Under the pieces are notes generated by a model. That model had not been told where the DNA came from, did no database searches, and was given only the letters and a program-made list of their open reading frames with translations. The position numbers and the translations under genes were made by a program. Positions 1 through 10,145 of a stretch of 64,000 nt of DNA are shown in pieces. This stretch comes from an uncultured virus (IMG/VR IMGVR_UViG_3300016471_000493) (taxonomy: Duplodnaviria > Heunggongvirae > Uroviricota > Caudoviricetes), in IMG/VR virus record IMGVR_UViG_3300016471_000493; one strand, given 5' to 3'. Numbering within the stretch: position 1 is the stretch's first letter; each line of letters opens with the position of its first letter.

Positions 1-633
1 GTTTTTTTAATTGACGATATGTCAGAAGATAACGGTTCAGAATTATTAAAAGAATTAATACATAACGACGACCGGTTCAAGTTAATAGAAAATACTGAAA
101 AAAAATTTAAACTACGAAATTTAGATGAATTAATTTCTAATTTTGATGATGAGGATATCGTAGTGGAAGTAGACGCTGACGATTTTTTATTAGGTAACGA
201 TGTTCTAAATTTAATTAGTAAAATTTATTCAGATAAAACAACTTGGCTTACAAATGGGTCTTTTATGTTTAGTAATGGTACTATTGGATTTTCACAAGAA
301 TGTAATCCTGATACAATCAGGACTGATGAATTTAGATTTTCTCATTTACGAACATGGAAATCTTTTTTATGGAAAAACATACCTAAAGAAAATTTTTTGG
401 ATAATAATGGTGATTATTATAAATCGGCACCAGATGTGGCATATTCTTTTCCTTTATTAGAACTTTGTGGTAAAAAACACTACAAATTCATAAATAAAAT
501 TTTATATGTTTATAATGAAATATCGCCATATAACGAACATAAAGCCCAAAGTGCCGCAGGAGGAATCGATGTACAATGGAAATCTGCTAATGAAATAAGA
601 ACAAAATCCAAATTAAAACCTTTAATATTATGA
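1..633 (+). CDS. GT2-family glycosyltransferase, 5' truncated by window edge
   Basis: Frame is open from base 1 (VFLIDDMSED, GT-A 'IDDxSxD'); DxDD motif VDADD. Confidence 0.8.
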   Translation, partial: VFLIDDMSEDNGSELLKELIHNDDRFKLIENTEKKFKLRNLDELISNFDDEDIVVEVDADDFLLGNDVLNLISKIYSDKTTWLTNGSFMFSNGTIGFSQECNPDTIRTDEFRFSHLRTWKSFLWKNIPKENFLDNNGDYYKSAPDVAYSFPLLELCGKKHYKFINKILYVYNEISPYNEHKAQSAAGGIDVQWKSANEIRTKSKLKPLIL

Positions 634-1448
634 ACTTTATATCTTGTAAATTAATGGGTGGGTTAGGGAATCAAATGTTCCAAGCCGCCCACGCCATGTG
701 TCAAGGGTTATTACACAATCGTCCTGTGTATTTGTTACCGTATTCTTGGACACCAATGCAAGGTAGAGGGACTGAAAACTACAAAGAAAATATATTTAGA
801 AAGTTTAAATTTGGTTCAAATCACGATGGGTTCCAAGAAATAGGAGAAGGACCTTGGGAGTATTCAATTGTTGTTCCATTTAGTGAAAACACTGTGTTCT
901 CAGGGTATTTTCAAAGTAGTAAAAACTTTTTTGGGTTTGACGAACAAGTCAGAGAAATTTATTCACCGTCTGTCGATATAGTTGAAGAATTAAAACGAAA
1001 ATACCCTGAGTTAAATAATCCTAATACTTTGTCGATCCATATCAGAAGAGGTGACTATTTAAACAATCCGCACATTCATCCAAGCGTTGGATTATCTTAC
1101 ATACAAGAAGCGTTAAAACGAGTTGGTGAATATTCTTATGTTTTTGTATTCTCTGAAGATAAAGATTGGGTTAATCAAAACCTACATCTAAAAAATATGA
1201 CTTTAGTAAATGAAACTGAAGATTATAAAGAAATGTGGTTAATGTCGTTATGCCAAAACAATATAATATGTAATTCTACATTTTCTTGGTGGGCTAGCTT
1301 TTTGAATAAAAATGAAAATAAAAAAATAATTGTGCCTTCTATATGGTTTGGACATGGAGGACCTAAAAATTTCAAGGATATCTATGAACCATACTGGACG
1401 GTAATAAATGTAGAATCAAAAAATGGAATTTTAGAATATGTTGCTTAA
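630..1448 (+). CDS. GT11 alpha-1,2-fucosyltransferase-like protein
   Basis: GGLGNQMFQ, GYFQS, HIRRGDY, NSTFSWW motifs. Confidence 0.92.
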   Translation: MNFISCKLMGGLGNQMFQAAHAMCQGLLHNRPVYLLPYSWTPMQGRGTENYKENIFRKFKFGSNHDGFQEIGEGPWEYSIVVPFSENTVFSGYFQSSKNFFGFDEQVREIYSPSVDIVEELKRKYPELNNPNTLSIHIRRGDYLNNPHIHPSVGLSYIQEALKRVGEYSYVFVFSEDKDWVNQNLHLKNMTLVNETEDYKEMWLMSLCQNNIICNSTFSWWASFLNKNENKKIIVPSIWFGHGGPKNFKDIYEPYWTVINVESKNGILEYVA

Positions 1449-2058
1449 TTTAAATAACTTAGTTGAAAAATATGGTTTAACTATAAAGGGGGTATTACAC
1501 ATAGGTGCTCATTTTGGAGAAGAGAATGGAATATATGATCATTTACAAATCCCAAATAGAATCTTTTTTGAACCATTGAAATCTAATTTCAATATTTTGA
1601 AAGACAGAGTATCAGATGCCTACCAATTAATTAATATTGCACTTGGTAATGATAATAAAACTATAAACATGAATGTTGAAACAGCAAATAGTGGTCAATC
1701 TAGTTCAATTTTGAATCCTGTCCTACATCTAGTTCAGTACCCTCACATCAAATTTGAAAGTGTTGAAGAAGTTGAAATGAAAAGATTAGATGATTTGAAC
1801 ATAAATTTAGAAAATTTCAATTTTATTAATATTGATGTACAAGGTTACGAACTAGAAGTGTTTAAAGGCGCTGTAAAAACTTTAGAAAACATTGATTACA
1901 TTATGTCAGAAATAAATCGAGATGAAGTTTACCAAGATTGTGCAAGAATAGAACAACTTATAGAGTTTTTGAAACCTTATGGTTTTGAATTAGTTGAGCA
2001 GACATGGGACGGTGGAACTTGGGGTGATGGCTTTTTCATTAAAACTAACAAAAAATAA
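1438..2058 (+). CDS. FkbM-family methyltransferase
   Basis: HIGAHFGEE, FEP, NIDVQGYELEVFKGA. Confidence 0.9.
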   Translation: MLLNLNNLVEKYGLTIKGVLHIGAHFGEENGIYDHLQIPNRIFFEPLKSNFNILKDRVSDAYQLINIALGNDNKTINMNVETANSGQSSSILNPVLHLVQYPHIKFESVEEVEMKRLDDLNINLENFNFINIDVQGYELEVFKGAVKTLENIDYIMSEINRDEVYQDCARIEQLIEFLKPYGFELVEQTWDGGTWGDGFFIKTNKK

Positions 2059-2064
2059 CTAAAT

Positions 2065-2883
2065 ATGGTTCATTTAAATATGCTATCAGGAAACTTCGCC
2101 CACGCCTATTGCTCGACGTGGTGGAAAAGACCTAAAAATTTAATTTGGGATTTTAATTCAAGAGAAAATAATATTTCCGTTTACATTGATGGTGGAATGT
2201 GGGCAGGTTTTGGTGATAAAAACGATGGGAAAAAAAAGTTTCTATGGATTCTCGAAAGTAAATCATATGATGGTGGTACATCAGAACAAGCTAAAATTTT
2301 AGTTGATAGACTAAAAGAAACATTCGAACAAGTGTGGACTCACAATGACGAATTACTTAAACTTGACCCGATCTTCAAGTGGTGCCCAGGTATGGGCTCT
2401 TGGATTGAATCACCGAAAATATATGAAAAAAATAAATCAATTTCGATGATTACTACTAGTAAACAAGAAACTGAACAACATAAATTTAGATATAATTTTG
2501 CAATCCAAAATAAAAATATTTTGGATCTGTTCGGTAGGGGGTTCAGAGAAATAGAAAAAAAAGAAAAAGCCCTTAACGAGTATATGTTTTCAGTTGCTAT
2601 AGAAAATGATACTTATGACACATACTTTACTGAAAAAATATTGGATTGTTTTCTTACTGGTACTATACCGATATACAAAGGTACACGTAACATTTCAAAT
2701 CATTTTGATTCAAATGGTATTATTTTTTTAGACGAAATAAGTAATTTGAATGATATACTAATTAATATTCCTGAAATTTACCATTCCAAAAAAGAAGCTA
2801 TTAATAAAAATTTTGAGAATGCAATTCAATTCGACATTCTCGACGATTGGTTGTACGATAATTACATTAATAAATATTTTTAA
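2065..2883 (+). CDS. GT10-like (fucosyltransferase-type) glycosyltransferase
   Basis: YMFSVAIEN...YFTEKILDCFLTGTIPIYKG. Confidence 0.8.
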   Translation: MVHLNMLSGNFAHAYCSTWWKRPKNLIWDFNSRENNISVYIDGGMWAGFGDKNDGKKKFLWILESKSYDGGTSEQAKILVDRLKETFEQVWTHNDELLKLDPIFKWCPGMGSWIESPKIYEKNKSISMITTSKQETEQHKFRYNFAIQNKNILDLFGRGFREIEKKEKALNEYMFSVAIENDTYDTYFTEKILDCFLTGTIPIYKGTRNISNHFDSNGIIFLDEISNLNDILINIPEIYHSKKEAINKNFENAIQFDILDDWLYDNYINKYF

Positions 2884-2896
2884 ATGAAATCAACAT

Positions 2897-3709
2897 ATGA
2901 ATGAAAACAAAACTTATTTATTAGGTTTTAGTAAAGGATTTACTGCTTACGTTGGTTCTGACTCATCTAGTTTGAGTGAATACTGGGAGTTAGGTTGGGA
3001 AATAGGAGGATCTAGAATTATCCTATTAAAAGATTTATTAGACCAAAAAATTTCAAAAGATTCCACTATAGTTACACTAAAAGATAGAATGTTTTTATAT
3101 GATAATATATTTCCAAATGTAAAAGCATATGAAGATAAAGTTGACAATACAATATGGGATACTAGATACTGTGACTATAATTTTATTGAACCTAAATTAA
3201 GAGATATCGAACACAATCCAAATTATAAAACTCCTGAAATGATCAACTTGATTAAAAAAACAGGAGAAGTAAAAAATATGGATTCAGAATATTATGTTAT
3301 ACATTATCGTCAAAGACCCCACGGTGGTGATAGAAATATAGATAATGAAGCTTATAGGTTATTAATTTCTAGTCTTGATAAAAAAGGTATAAAGTATATT
3401 GTTTATGGTAAAAATTCTAAAAATTTATTAGAAAATAGACCTTTACAAGAAACTTCATTGAGTGATGCTAATGCGTTTTTGAAAGGAATCAACTGTTTAG
3501 GGTTGATTGGTCCAGTAAGTGGTGGGTCAATGATCGCATTGTTGTCTTGTAATTCTAACCATCATATAATCGATAGTTCTCATATAATGTCACATATGAA
3601 TACAAAAACCCATCCTTTATACCACGGTAATGGTGCGAACTTTTCAGATGGAAAAATTCATTACTACAACAATATAAAAAAATTTTTAGAAACAAATAAT
3701 TTAATATGA
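2897..3709 (+). CDS. hypothetical protein, possibly a GT-B glycosyltransferase
   Basis: VIHYRQR and SGGS motifs; lies inside the glycan cluster. Confidence 0.4.
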   Translation: MNENKTYLLGFSKGFTAYVGSDSSSLSEYWELGWEIGGSRIILLKDLLDQKISKDSTIVTLKDRMFLYDNIFPNVKAYEDKVDNTIWDTRYCDYNFIEPKLRDIEHNPNYKTPEMINLIKKTGEVKNMDSEYYVIHYRQRPHGGDRNIDNEAYRLLISSLDKKGIKYIVYGKNSKNLLENRPLQETSLSDANAFLKGINCLGLIGPVSGGSMIALLSCNSNHHIIDSSHIMSHMNTKTHPLYHGNGANFSDGKIHYYNNIKKFLETNNLI

Positions 3710-4275
3710 TTGAAACTTATTTAAACAAACACCTTAAAACAATTTCAGAATCTTTTGACTTTCTTGACAAGGAAAAGTTAATATATTTTGCAAATATCTT
3801 GAATGGTTGTAAAGGGGTTATTTTTTTTTCAGGGGTTGGAAAGAATGGTCATGTTGCGTCTAAAGCGGCTTCAACATTTAACTCTATGGGAATAAAATCT
3901 TACTTTTTAAACCCAATAGACGCCGTTCATGGGGATATGGGTATCATTTCTGAAAATGATATTATCGTAGTAATATCTAAGTCTGGTAATACATCTGAAT
4001 TGATAAATTTTTTGGAAAATTGTTTTAAAAAAAATAAAAATATATGGATGATCCACTCTAACGAGAAAAACCAAGGGTTAAAATATTGTGAAGGTAATGT
4101 TTATTTACCTATAAATAACGAGGCTGATGATTTGAATATAGTACCAACTGTATCCATAGCCGCATACGTAATATTATTACAATCAATATCGTGTGAAATT
4201 TCTTCATTTCGTGGTCTAACGTTATCGGAATTTGTTAGTAATCATCCTGGGGGAACAATAGGTAAATTATTATGA
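3706..4275 (+). CDS. KpsF/GutQ-like sugar-phosphate isomerase (SIS domain only, no CBS)
   Basis: SGVGKNGHV, HGDMG, SKSGNTSE, HPGGTIG. Confidence 0.88.
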   Translation: MIETYLNKHLKTISESFDFLDKEKLIYFANILNGCKGVIFFSGVGKNGHVASKAASTFNSMGIKSYFLNPIDAVHGDMGIISENDIIVVISKSGNTSELINFLENCFKKNKNIWMIHSNEKNQGLKYCEGNVYLPINNEADDLNIVPTVSIAAYVILLQSISCEISSFRGLTLSEFVSNHPGGTIGKLL

Positions 4276-5795
4276 AATCGGATGGTATTAAAAAGTTAAT
4301 AGTTCAAGCTGGTGGTTTGGGCGTTAGAATGGGGAAATACACAAAAAATAAAAATAAATGTTTGATACCATATCAAGGTAAAACAATAATACATCATTTA
4401 TTAGATATTTTTACTGATGTTGAAATTACTATCATAGTGGATTATAAAAGAAATCTTTTGATTAATTATGTTCATAATATATTGAATCGAAAAGATGTTA
4501 GGTTTGTGACTGCCCACAAAAAAAGTACTTCTGCTGGTCTAATTGAATCTACAAAAGAGTATGAAAAAGACGAACCGTTTATTTATGTTTGGTCAGATTT
4601 GGTTTTTTTTAAAAAACCAATATTTGATTTCGTATCAGACATTTTTGTGGGTACTACAAATGATTTTGAATGTCGATGGTCAATTCAAAATGATAAATTA
4701 GTAAATGTTGTCTCATCTCAAAATGGGGTTATGGGGTTGTTCGCCTTTAGAAACAAATCAGTGATAGCCGATTTTGATGAAGAGTTATCATTAGTTGGGG
4801 GTAATTTATCAAAAAAAGAAAACAATATTTCATATTCAAACATAACTGATGTCATTGAAATTGGTACTGAGTGTAAATATAATGAATTATTAAGTAAAGA
4901 TTCAAAATGTAGGTTTTTTAACAAAATATCAATTAAAGATAATACTATAGTTAAAGAATGTATTAACAAAGAATATAGTAATTTAATTGAATCTGAGCTT
5001 GAATGGTATAATACCTTACGTCAATTCAATATTAATTTTATTCCAAAAATTATAAGTACAAATCCACTTACTATGAGTAAAATAAATGGGGTACATCCGT
5101 TTGAAAAAAAATTTTCGTATATCGAAAAAAGGAGTATCATCGAAAACATTATGAAAAACTTACATTTACTACATAACTTAAATCAAATCAAATCAATTCA
5201 AAAAGATGTTACCGAAATATACTATAATAAAACATTTCAAAGAGTTTATTCAGTAAAATCCGTAATACCATTTTTTGATGATTATGAAATATGTATAAAT
5301 GATCAAAATTTCTTAAATCCATTTAGTAAACTAAACTTAGATCTGTTTCAAAAAAATATTAGTTCAATAAACGTAGAACATTATAATATAATACATGGTG
5401 ATCCCACATTTTCTAACACTTTGGTTACCAATAATTTAGATACAATTTTTATAGACCCAAGAGGTTATTTTGGAAATACTAAAGTTTTTGGAGATAAAAA
5501 TTATGACTGGGCAAAATTATTTTACTCTGTGGACGGAAACTATGATTCTATTAATTCAAAGAAGTTTTCTGTCGATTTACACAATGAAAAAGTTTCACTA
5601 TCAATTGAGTCTTCAGAATTTGAAAGTTTTTCTGATATAGTACTCATTAATTCAAAAATGTCATCTGAGATGATGCATTTGTACCAATCATTGATTTGGT
5701 TTTCCTTAACAGGATATGTAAAAGAAGATATAGATTCAATTTTATATTCTTTTTATAGAGGTATTGTATATTGGAACAAACATCTATCACACTAA
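4272..5795 (+). CDS. sugar nucleotidyltransferase fused to an APH/choline-kinase-like phosphotransferase
   Basis: N-terminal QAGGLGVRM...K; C-terminal IHGDPTFSN and FIDPRG. Confidence 0.82.
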   Translation: MKSDGIKKLIVQAGGLGVRMGKYTKNKNKCLIPYQGKTIIHHLLDIFTDVEITIIVDYKRNLLINYVHNILNRKDVRFVTAHKKSTSAGLIESTKEYEKDEPFIYVWSDLVFFKKPIFDFVSDIFVGTTNDFECRWSIQNDKLVNVVSSQNGVMGLFAFRNKSVIADFDEELSLVGGNLSKKENNISYSNITDVIEIGTECKYNELLSKDSKCRFFNKISIKDNTIVKECINKEYSNLIESELEWYNTLRQFNINFIPKIISTNPLTMSKINGVHPFEKKFSYIEKRSIIENIMKNLHLLHNLNQIKSIQKDVTEIYYNKTFQRVYSVKSVIPFFDDYEICINDQNFLNPFSKLNLDLFQKNISSINVEHYNIIHGDPTFSNTLVTNNLDTIFIDPRGYFGNTKVFGDKNYDWAKLFYSVDGNYDSINSKKFSVDLHNEKVSLSIESSEFESFSDIVLINSKMSSEMMHLYQSLIWFSLTGYVKEDIDSILYSFYRGIVYWNKHLSH

Positions 5796-5895
5796 ATTTA
5801 TATTTTTTAATTTATGAAAATTTTTGAAAAATTACTAGAATTGTATAAAAACTACGATGATAATCAAAGTGGTATTGGTATAATTTCTAAAGGTT

Positions 5896-6276
5896 ATGAG
5901 ATTATTATTTAACATTAATCAACCAAAAACTTGGATAATTGACTTGGATGGTACAATTGTTTCTCATAATGGTTATAAAAAAGGAAAAGATTTACTTTTA
6001 GATGGAGTTTCTGATTTTTTTAAAAAAAATATAAATGTTAACGATATAGTAATTATCACAACATCTCGACAAAAAAAATATAAAAATCAAACAATTAAAT
6101 TTTTGAAAGAGAACGAAATAAGCTACAATTATATCATTTTCGATTTACCTTATGGTGAAAGAATTCTTATAAATGATAATAAACCCGACGGCACAGAAAC
6201 AACAAAATGTATTAGTTTAGAGAGAAATTTAGGACTACAAAATATTTTTGTAGAATCAAAATATATCGATAATTGA
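5896..6276 (+). CDS. HAD-superfamily phosphatase
   Basis: DLDGT, TTSR, INDNKP. Confidence 0.8.
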   Translation: MRLLFNINQPKTWIIDLDGTIVSHNGYKKGKDLLLDGVSDFFKKNINVNDIVIITTSRQKKYKNQTIKFLKENEISYNYIIFDLPYGERILINDNKPDGTETTKCISLERNLGLQNIFVESKYIDN

Positions 6277-6299
6277 ATTGAGAGTAAAATAAAAATTAT

Positions 6300-6896
6300 A
6301 TGGCAAAAGTCCGAATAGCAATTGATATAGAAGGTGTTTTAAGGGATACATTCGAAAAAATAGAACAAATTTATCAAAAGTTCTTTATTGATGAATTAGA
6401 GTTGGTCGATGATGATTTCAAATTTGAAATCTATAAACCTTATAACACTAATGATTACCGAAATCATTTTAATTTTAAAAATGACGACGAATATTATAAC
6501 TTTATGTTCAACGAATTTACTATGCAAATTTTTGGACATGCTCCATCAACTGAGATGGGTACATTTCATATTTTGAATGAAATTTATAAAGAGTATTTTG
6601 GTAAAGTAGAGTTTTTGTTAATTTCAAAACAATTAGGTAAAAGTAAACCAGCAACCTTGTTCTTTATATCCAAATTTGGATGTGAAATTGAAAAAATTAT
6701 TTTTTACAATAATAAAAACAAAAATAAAATATGGAAAGAATTCGACATTTTATTAACGGCAAATCCTGAATTATTACTAAAAAATAAAAATAAAACTTTA
6801 ATTAAATTTAAAAAACCTTATAATAATGATATACAAATAAAACATTCTATAAGTTCAATCTCAGAACTTACAGAACTTGTAAAAAAATTAAAATGA
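6300..6896 (+). CDS. HAD-fold 5'(3')-deoxyribonucleotidase-like protein, degenerate motif
   Basis: IAIDIEGVLRD at N-terminus; PYN near C-terminus. Confidence 0.55.
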   Translation: MAKVRIAIDIEGVLRDTFEKIEQIYQKFFIDELELVDDDFKFEIYKPYNTNDYRNHFNFKNDDEYYNFMFNEFTMQIFGHAPSTEMGTFHILNEIYKEYFGKVEFLLISKQLGKSKPATLFFISKFGCEIEKIIFYNNKNKNKIWKEFDILLTANPELLLKNKNKTLIKFKKPYNNDIQIKHSISSISELTELVKKLK

Positions 6897-7159
6897 TGTT
6901 AGATATTTTAGGTGAAAAATACTATTTGAATATAAATGCGATTGATTCTTTTGTTGATCGTCCTGAATTTTCAGCAACTAGTGAAAATCAACATATTTCA
7001 GTTATAAAATATGAAGTCATTAAAACTTTAACTGATGTGATTTTTTCTGAAGTACAACAAATAGATGAAAAAATGGTTACTAAATCACAAGACTTAAGTA
7101 TTTCATTTCGTTTAGCATGGAATACAATGTTATTTAATAAATTTATACAAAAACTTTAA
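6893..7159 (+). CDS. hypothetical protein
   Basis: ORF translationally coupled within the operon. Confidence 0.6.
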   Translation: MMLDILGEKYYLNINAIDSFVDRPEFSATSENQHISVIKYEVIKTLTDVIFSEVQQIDEKMVTKSQDLSISFRLAWNTMLFNKFIQKL

Positions 7160-7161
7160 AA

Positions 7162-8211
7162 ATGAGTGAAGAATTAAAACAAAATTTACAAAAGTCTCTC
7201 TACAATATAGACACCAAATCAAACAAAATATATTTTTTTGTTCAAGACACTAAAGGAAACGCTAAAGCGTCAATAAGAATCACTTATGATATTGCGAATT
7301 CTCTAAATGAGAGTGGTTACAAAGTTGTTATGTTATATGAAAAATCAGATTATACATCAATAAATGATTGGTCTTTTAAAAAATATAATGGATTAGAATA
7401 TCAAATTATTGATGGTACTAATTTGCAAATTGCACCTGAAGATATTTTAATAATTCCAGAAATTTTTGGATTTGTAATGGAACAAGTTAAAAATTTACCT
7501 TGTGGTAAAATTGTTCTTTGTCAAGCTTATGATCATATATTAGAAACTTTAAGTCCAGGAGCAACATGGCAACAGTACGGTTTTTACAAATGTATTACCA
7601 CTTCAGAAATTCAAAAGGAAGAAATATCTAAAATAATGAGGAATGTATCTTTTGATATTATCAGACCTACTATTTCAGATTGTTTTGTAAAACAAAATTA
7701 TCCACCTAAACCAATAATTTTGGTTCATGCTAGAGAACAGAGAGAAGGTCTTAATTTAATTAAAAGTTTTTATCTCAAATATCCACAATTTAGATTTTTC
7801 ACATTCAGAGACCTTAGAGGTTTGAGTGAGGAAGAGTTTGCTGCCGCTATGAATGATGCGTTTTTGGGAGTATGGTTAGATGTAACATCATCGTTTGGCA
7901 CTTTCCCTATAGAGTGTATGGCATCAGGAATTCCAGTAATAGGAAAAGTTCCAAATTTGAAACCTGAATGGATGAATGAAAAAAATGGTGTTTGGGTTGA
8001 AAATACATTACAAATTGTTGATGTTATTGCTGATTTTGCACAAACATGGTTAGAGGATAGTGTTTTATCGACACTGTATAGTGAAGGAGAAATTACCGCA
8101 AATAATTATAGAATAACTGAAGAGTTTAACACCAAAGTTAATAAAATATTTGAGGATTTTCAGAATAAAAGAAAAGAGTTTTTCTTTAATCAATTAAACA
8201 ATTTAAATTAA
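7162..8211 (+). CDS. GT4-like glycosyltransferase
   Basis: SFGTFPIECMASGIPVIG motif. Confidence 0.75.
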   Translation: MSEELKQNLQKSLYNIDTKSNKIYFFVQDTKGNAKASIRITYDIANSLNESGYKVVMLYEKSDYTSINDWSFKKYNGLEYQIIDGTNLQIAPEDILIIPEIFGFVMEQVKNLPCGKIVLCQAYDHILETLSPGATWQQYGFYKCITTSEIQKEEISKIMRNVSFDIIRPTISDCFVKQNYPPKPIILVHAREQREGLNLIKSFYLKYPQFRFFTFRDLRGLSEEEFAAAMNDAFLGVWLDVTSSFGTFPIECMASGIPVIGKVPNLKPEWMNEKNGVWVENTLQIVDVIADFAQTWLEDSVLSTLYSEGEITANNYRITEEFNTKVNKIFEDFQNKRKEFFFNQLNNLN

Positions 8212-8218
8212 AATTAAA

Positions 8219-9022
8219 ATGGAAACTTTAGATATAAGTGTTATTTTACCAATAAAATCCGCAGTAGTCAGAAATTTTGATGAATACTTTGACAAAGCGA
8301 TTAAATCTCTACAAATACAAGAGGTTTCACTCAATGAGTTAATAATTGTTCACACAGAAGAAGAAACTTTAATAGAAAAACTCAAAAATTATAATTTCGA
8401 TAAATTAAACGTAAAACTATTAAATTATAGTGAAACACCAAATTTTCAGTCACAAATAAATTATGGTGTTGAAAATGCTCAATCATCATATGTAAGTTTT
8501 TTTGAATTTGATGATGAGTACTCAAATTTATGGTTCAAAAATGTTAAAAAATACATTAACTTTTATCCTGAAGTAGATATATTTTTACCAATTGTTGTTG
8601 ATGTAGATGATAAAGGTGTTTTTTTAGGGTTTACTAATGAGGCAACATTTGCCGCCAATTTTTCTCAAGAAATTGGGTATTTATCTAATGATACTTTGTT
8701 ACAATACCAAAATTTTCAAACATCCGGATGTGTAATTAAAAAAGAATGTATTAAAAATTTTGGTGGATTTAAAACTTCCATGAAATTGACATTTGTATAT
8801 GAATTTCTATTAAGAATGACTTATAATTCTGTTAAAATAATGACAATTCCAAAAATTGGTTATAAACATATTACAATGAGAGAAGGTTCTATTTTTTGGA
8901 ATTACAAAAATGGACTAAACAGTTTAAGTGAAGATGAGATTAAATTTTGGATATCTTGTGCCAAAAAAGAGTTTTACTTTAAAGATGATAGAAACATAAA
9001 ATTTGAATCACAAATGGGTTAA
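8219..9022 (+). CDS. GT2-family glycosyltransferase
   Basis: ISVILP at N-terminus; EFDDEY (DxD-like). Confidence 0.7.
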   Translation: METLDISVILPIKSAVVRNFDEYFDKAIKSLQIQEVSLNELIIVHTEEETLIEKLKNYNFDKLNVKLLNYSETPNFQSQINYGVENAQSSYVSFFEFDDEYSNLWFKNVKKYINFYPEVDIFLPIVVDVDDKGVFLGFTNEATFAANFSQEIGYLSNDTLLQYQNFQTSGCVIKKECIKNFGGFKTSMKLTFVYEFLLRMTYNSVKIMTIPKIGYKHITMREGSIFWNYKNGLNSLSEDEIKFWISCAKKEFYFKDDRNIKFESQMG

Positions 9023-9744
9023 TGTCCATAAAAAAAGAAGAAAAAAAGGAGAAAAAAGTAATAAAAGAAAATTATTTTGATCGAAGAGAAGAAGATGCGG
9101 TAATTAAATTTTTAGCAACTAATTCTGTTCAAGAAAAAAATGAGATTTACAATACTTATTTAAAAAGTCCTTTAGACAAAATGATATCTTCTATAATTAG
9201 AAGATACAAATTATATCGTAAAGATATGAATTTTGATGAAATTCATAACGATACACATAGTTTTTTAATGACCAAAGTTGAAAAATTTGTGCCAGAAAAA
9301 AACAAAAAAGCCTACTCATATTTTGGTACAATATGTAAAAATTATTTGATGGGTCAAATAATTAAAGACCAAAAAGATATAAATCGTAATATTTCATACG
9401 AGGATATATCATCAACATTAGAAAATAGACCAGATATGGTTTATTTTTTGGAAAATGAAAAAATTGAAGCTGACGAAGTAATTAAAGTTTTTATTAAAGA
9501 ACTAAAAAATTATTTAAAAGAACAAAATTTAACAGATAATGAAAAAAAACTAGGGATTTCACTTATAGATTTATTTGAAAACTATAAAACAAATTTTCAA
9601 AGTACAGATAATAATAAATACAATAAAAACATTATCTTACTATCTATGCGAGAAATGACAAATTTAAACACAAAAGAAATTAGATCATCTATCAAAAAAT
9701 TTAAAAAATTATATTTAAATGTTTTAAAAAAATTAATAAATTAA
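9022..9744 (+). CDS. sigma-factor-like protein (T4 gp55-like late sigma candidate)
   Basis: NYF...EE, KF.PEK..KAYSYFGTICKNYL resembles sigma region 2 of gp55-like proteins. Confidence 0.6.
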   Translation: MSIKKEEKKEKKVIKENYFDRREEDAVIKFLATNSVQEKNEIYNTYLKSPLDKMISSIIRRYKLYRKDMNFDEIHNDTHSFLMTKVEKFVPEKNKKAYSYFGTICKNYLMGQIIKDQKDINRNISYEDISSTLENRPDMVYFLENEKIEADEVIKVFIKELKNYLKEQNLTDNEKKLGISLIDLFENYKTNFQSTDNNKYNKNIILLSMREMTNLNTKEIRSSIKKFKKLYLNVLKKLIN

Positions 9745-9753
9745 TTATTTAGT

Positions 9754-9767
9754 TATAAATATTTATA
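9754..9767 (+). promoter_or_regulatory. ATATTTATA box within palindrome TATAAATATTTATA, putative late promoter
   Basis: Ends 5 nt before ATG 9773; same box precedes many genes in the window. Confidence 0.55.
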
Positions 9768-9772
9768 ATAAT

Positions 9773-10144
9773 ATGCCAACTCATAAAAAAAAAGAAATAA
9801 ATCTTTCTAAGGACTCAATACTTACTCTTTTACAGGAAATATACAACGAGTTAGTAGAACAAAGAACTACAGCAATTAGAGTTCAAAATAAAATGTTGTC
9901 TTTTTTAAAAGATCTTGAAGATATGCAAAACATAGGACCTGTTTTAGAAAAACAACAAAAGATAATTAACGATGTTGTTGAAAAAAAACTTACATTGGCC
10001 AAACTTCAATCAACAATTTGGGAAAAATCTCAAAATCGTCAAACTGATATGTTAATATCAGATATTGACGAAGATACGTTACAATCTCTCATTTTAAAAG
10101 ATACTCAGTCATTAGATGACGAAAAATATAAAATGAATAGATAA
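9773..10144 (+). CDS. hypothetical coiled-coil protein
   Basis: 123-aa ORF. Confidence 0.65.
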   Translation: MPTHKKKEINLSKDSILTLLQEIYNELVEQRTTAIRVQNKMLSFLKDLEDMQNIGPVLEKQQKIINDVVEKKLTLAKLQSTIWEKSQNRQTDMLISDIDEDTLQSLILKDTQSLDDEKYKMNR

Positions 10145-10145
10145 T

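Noticed and set aside
5814..5912. 32-aa ORF MKIFEKLLELY...
   Set aside because: Short, no recognisable motif; cannot be supported
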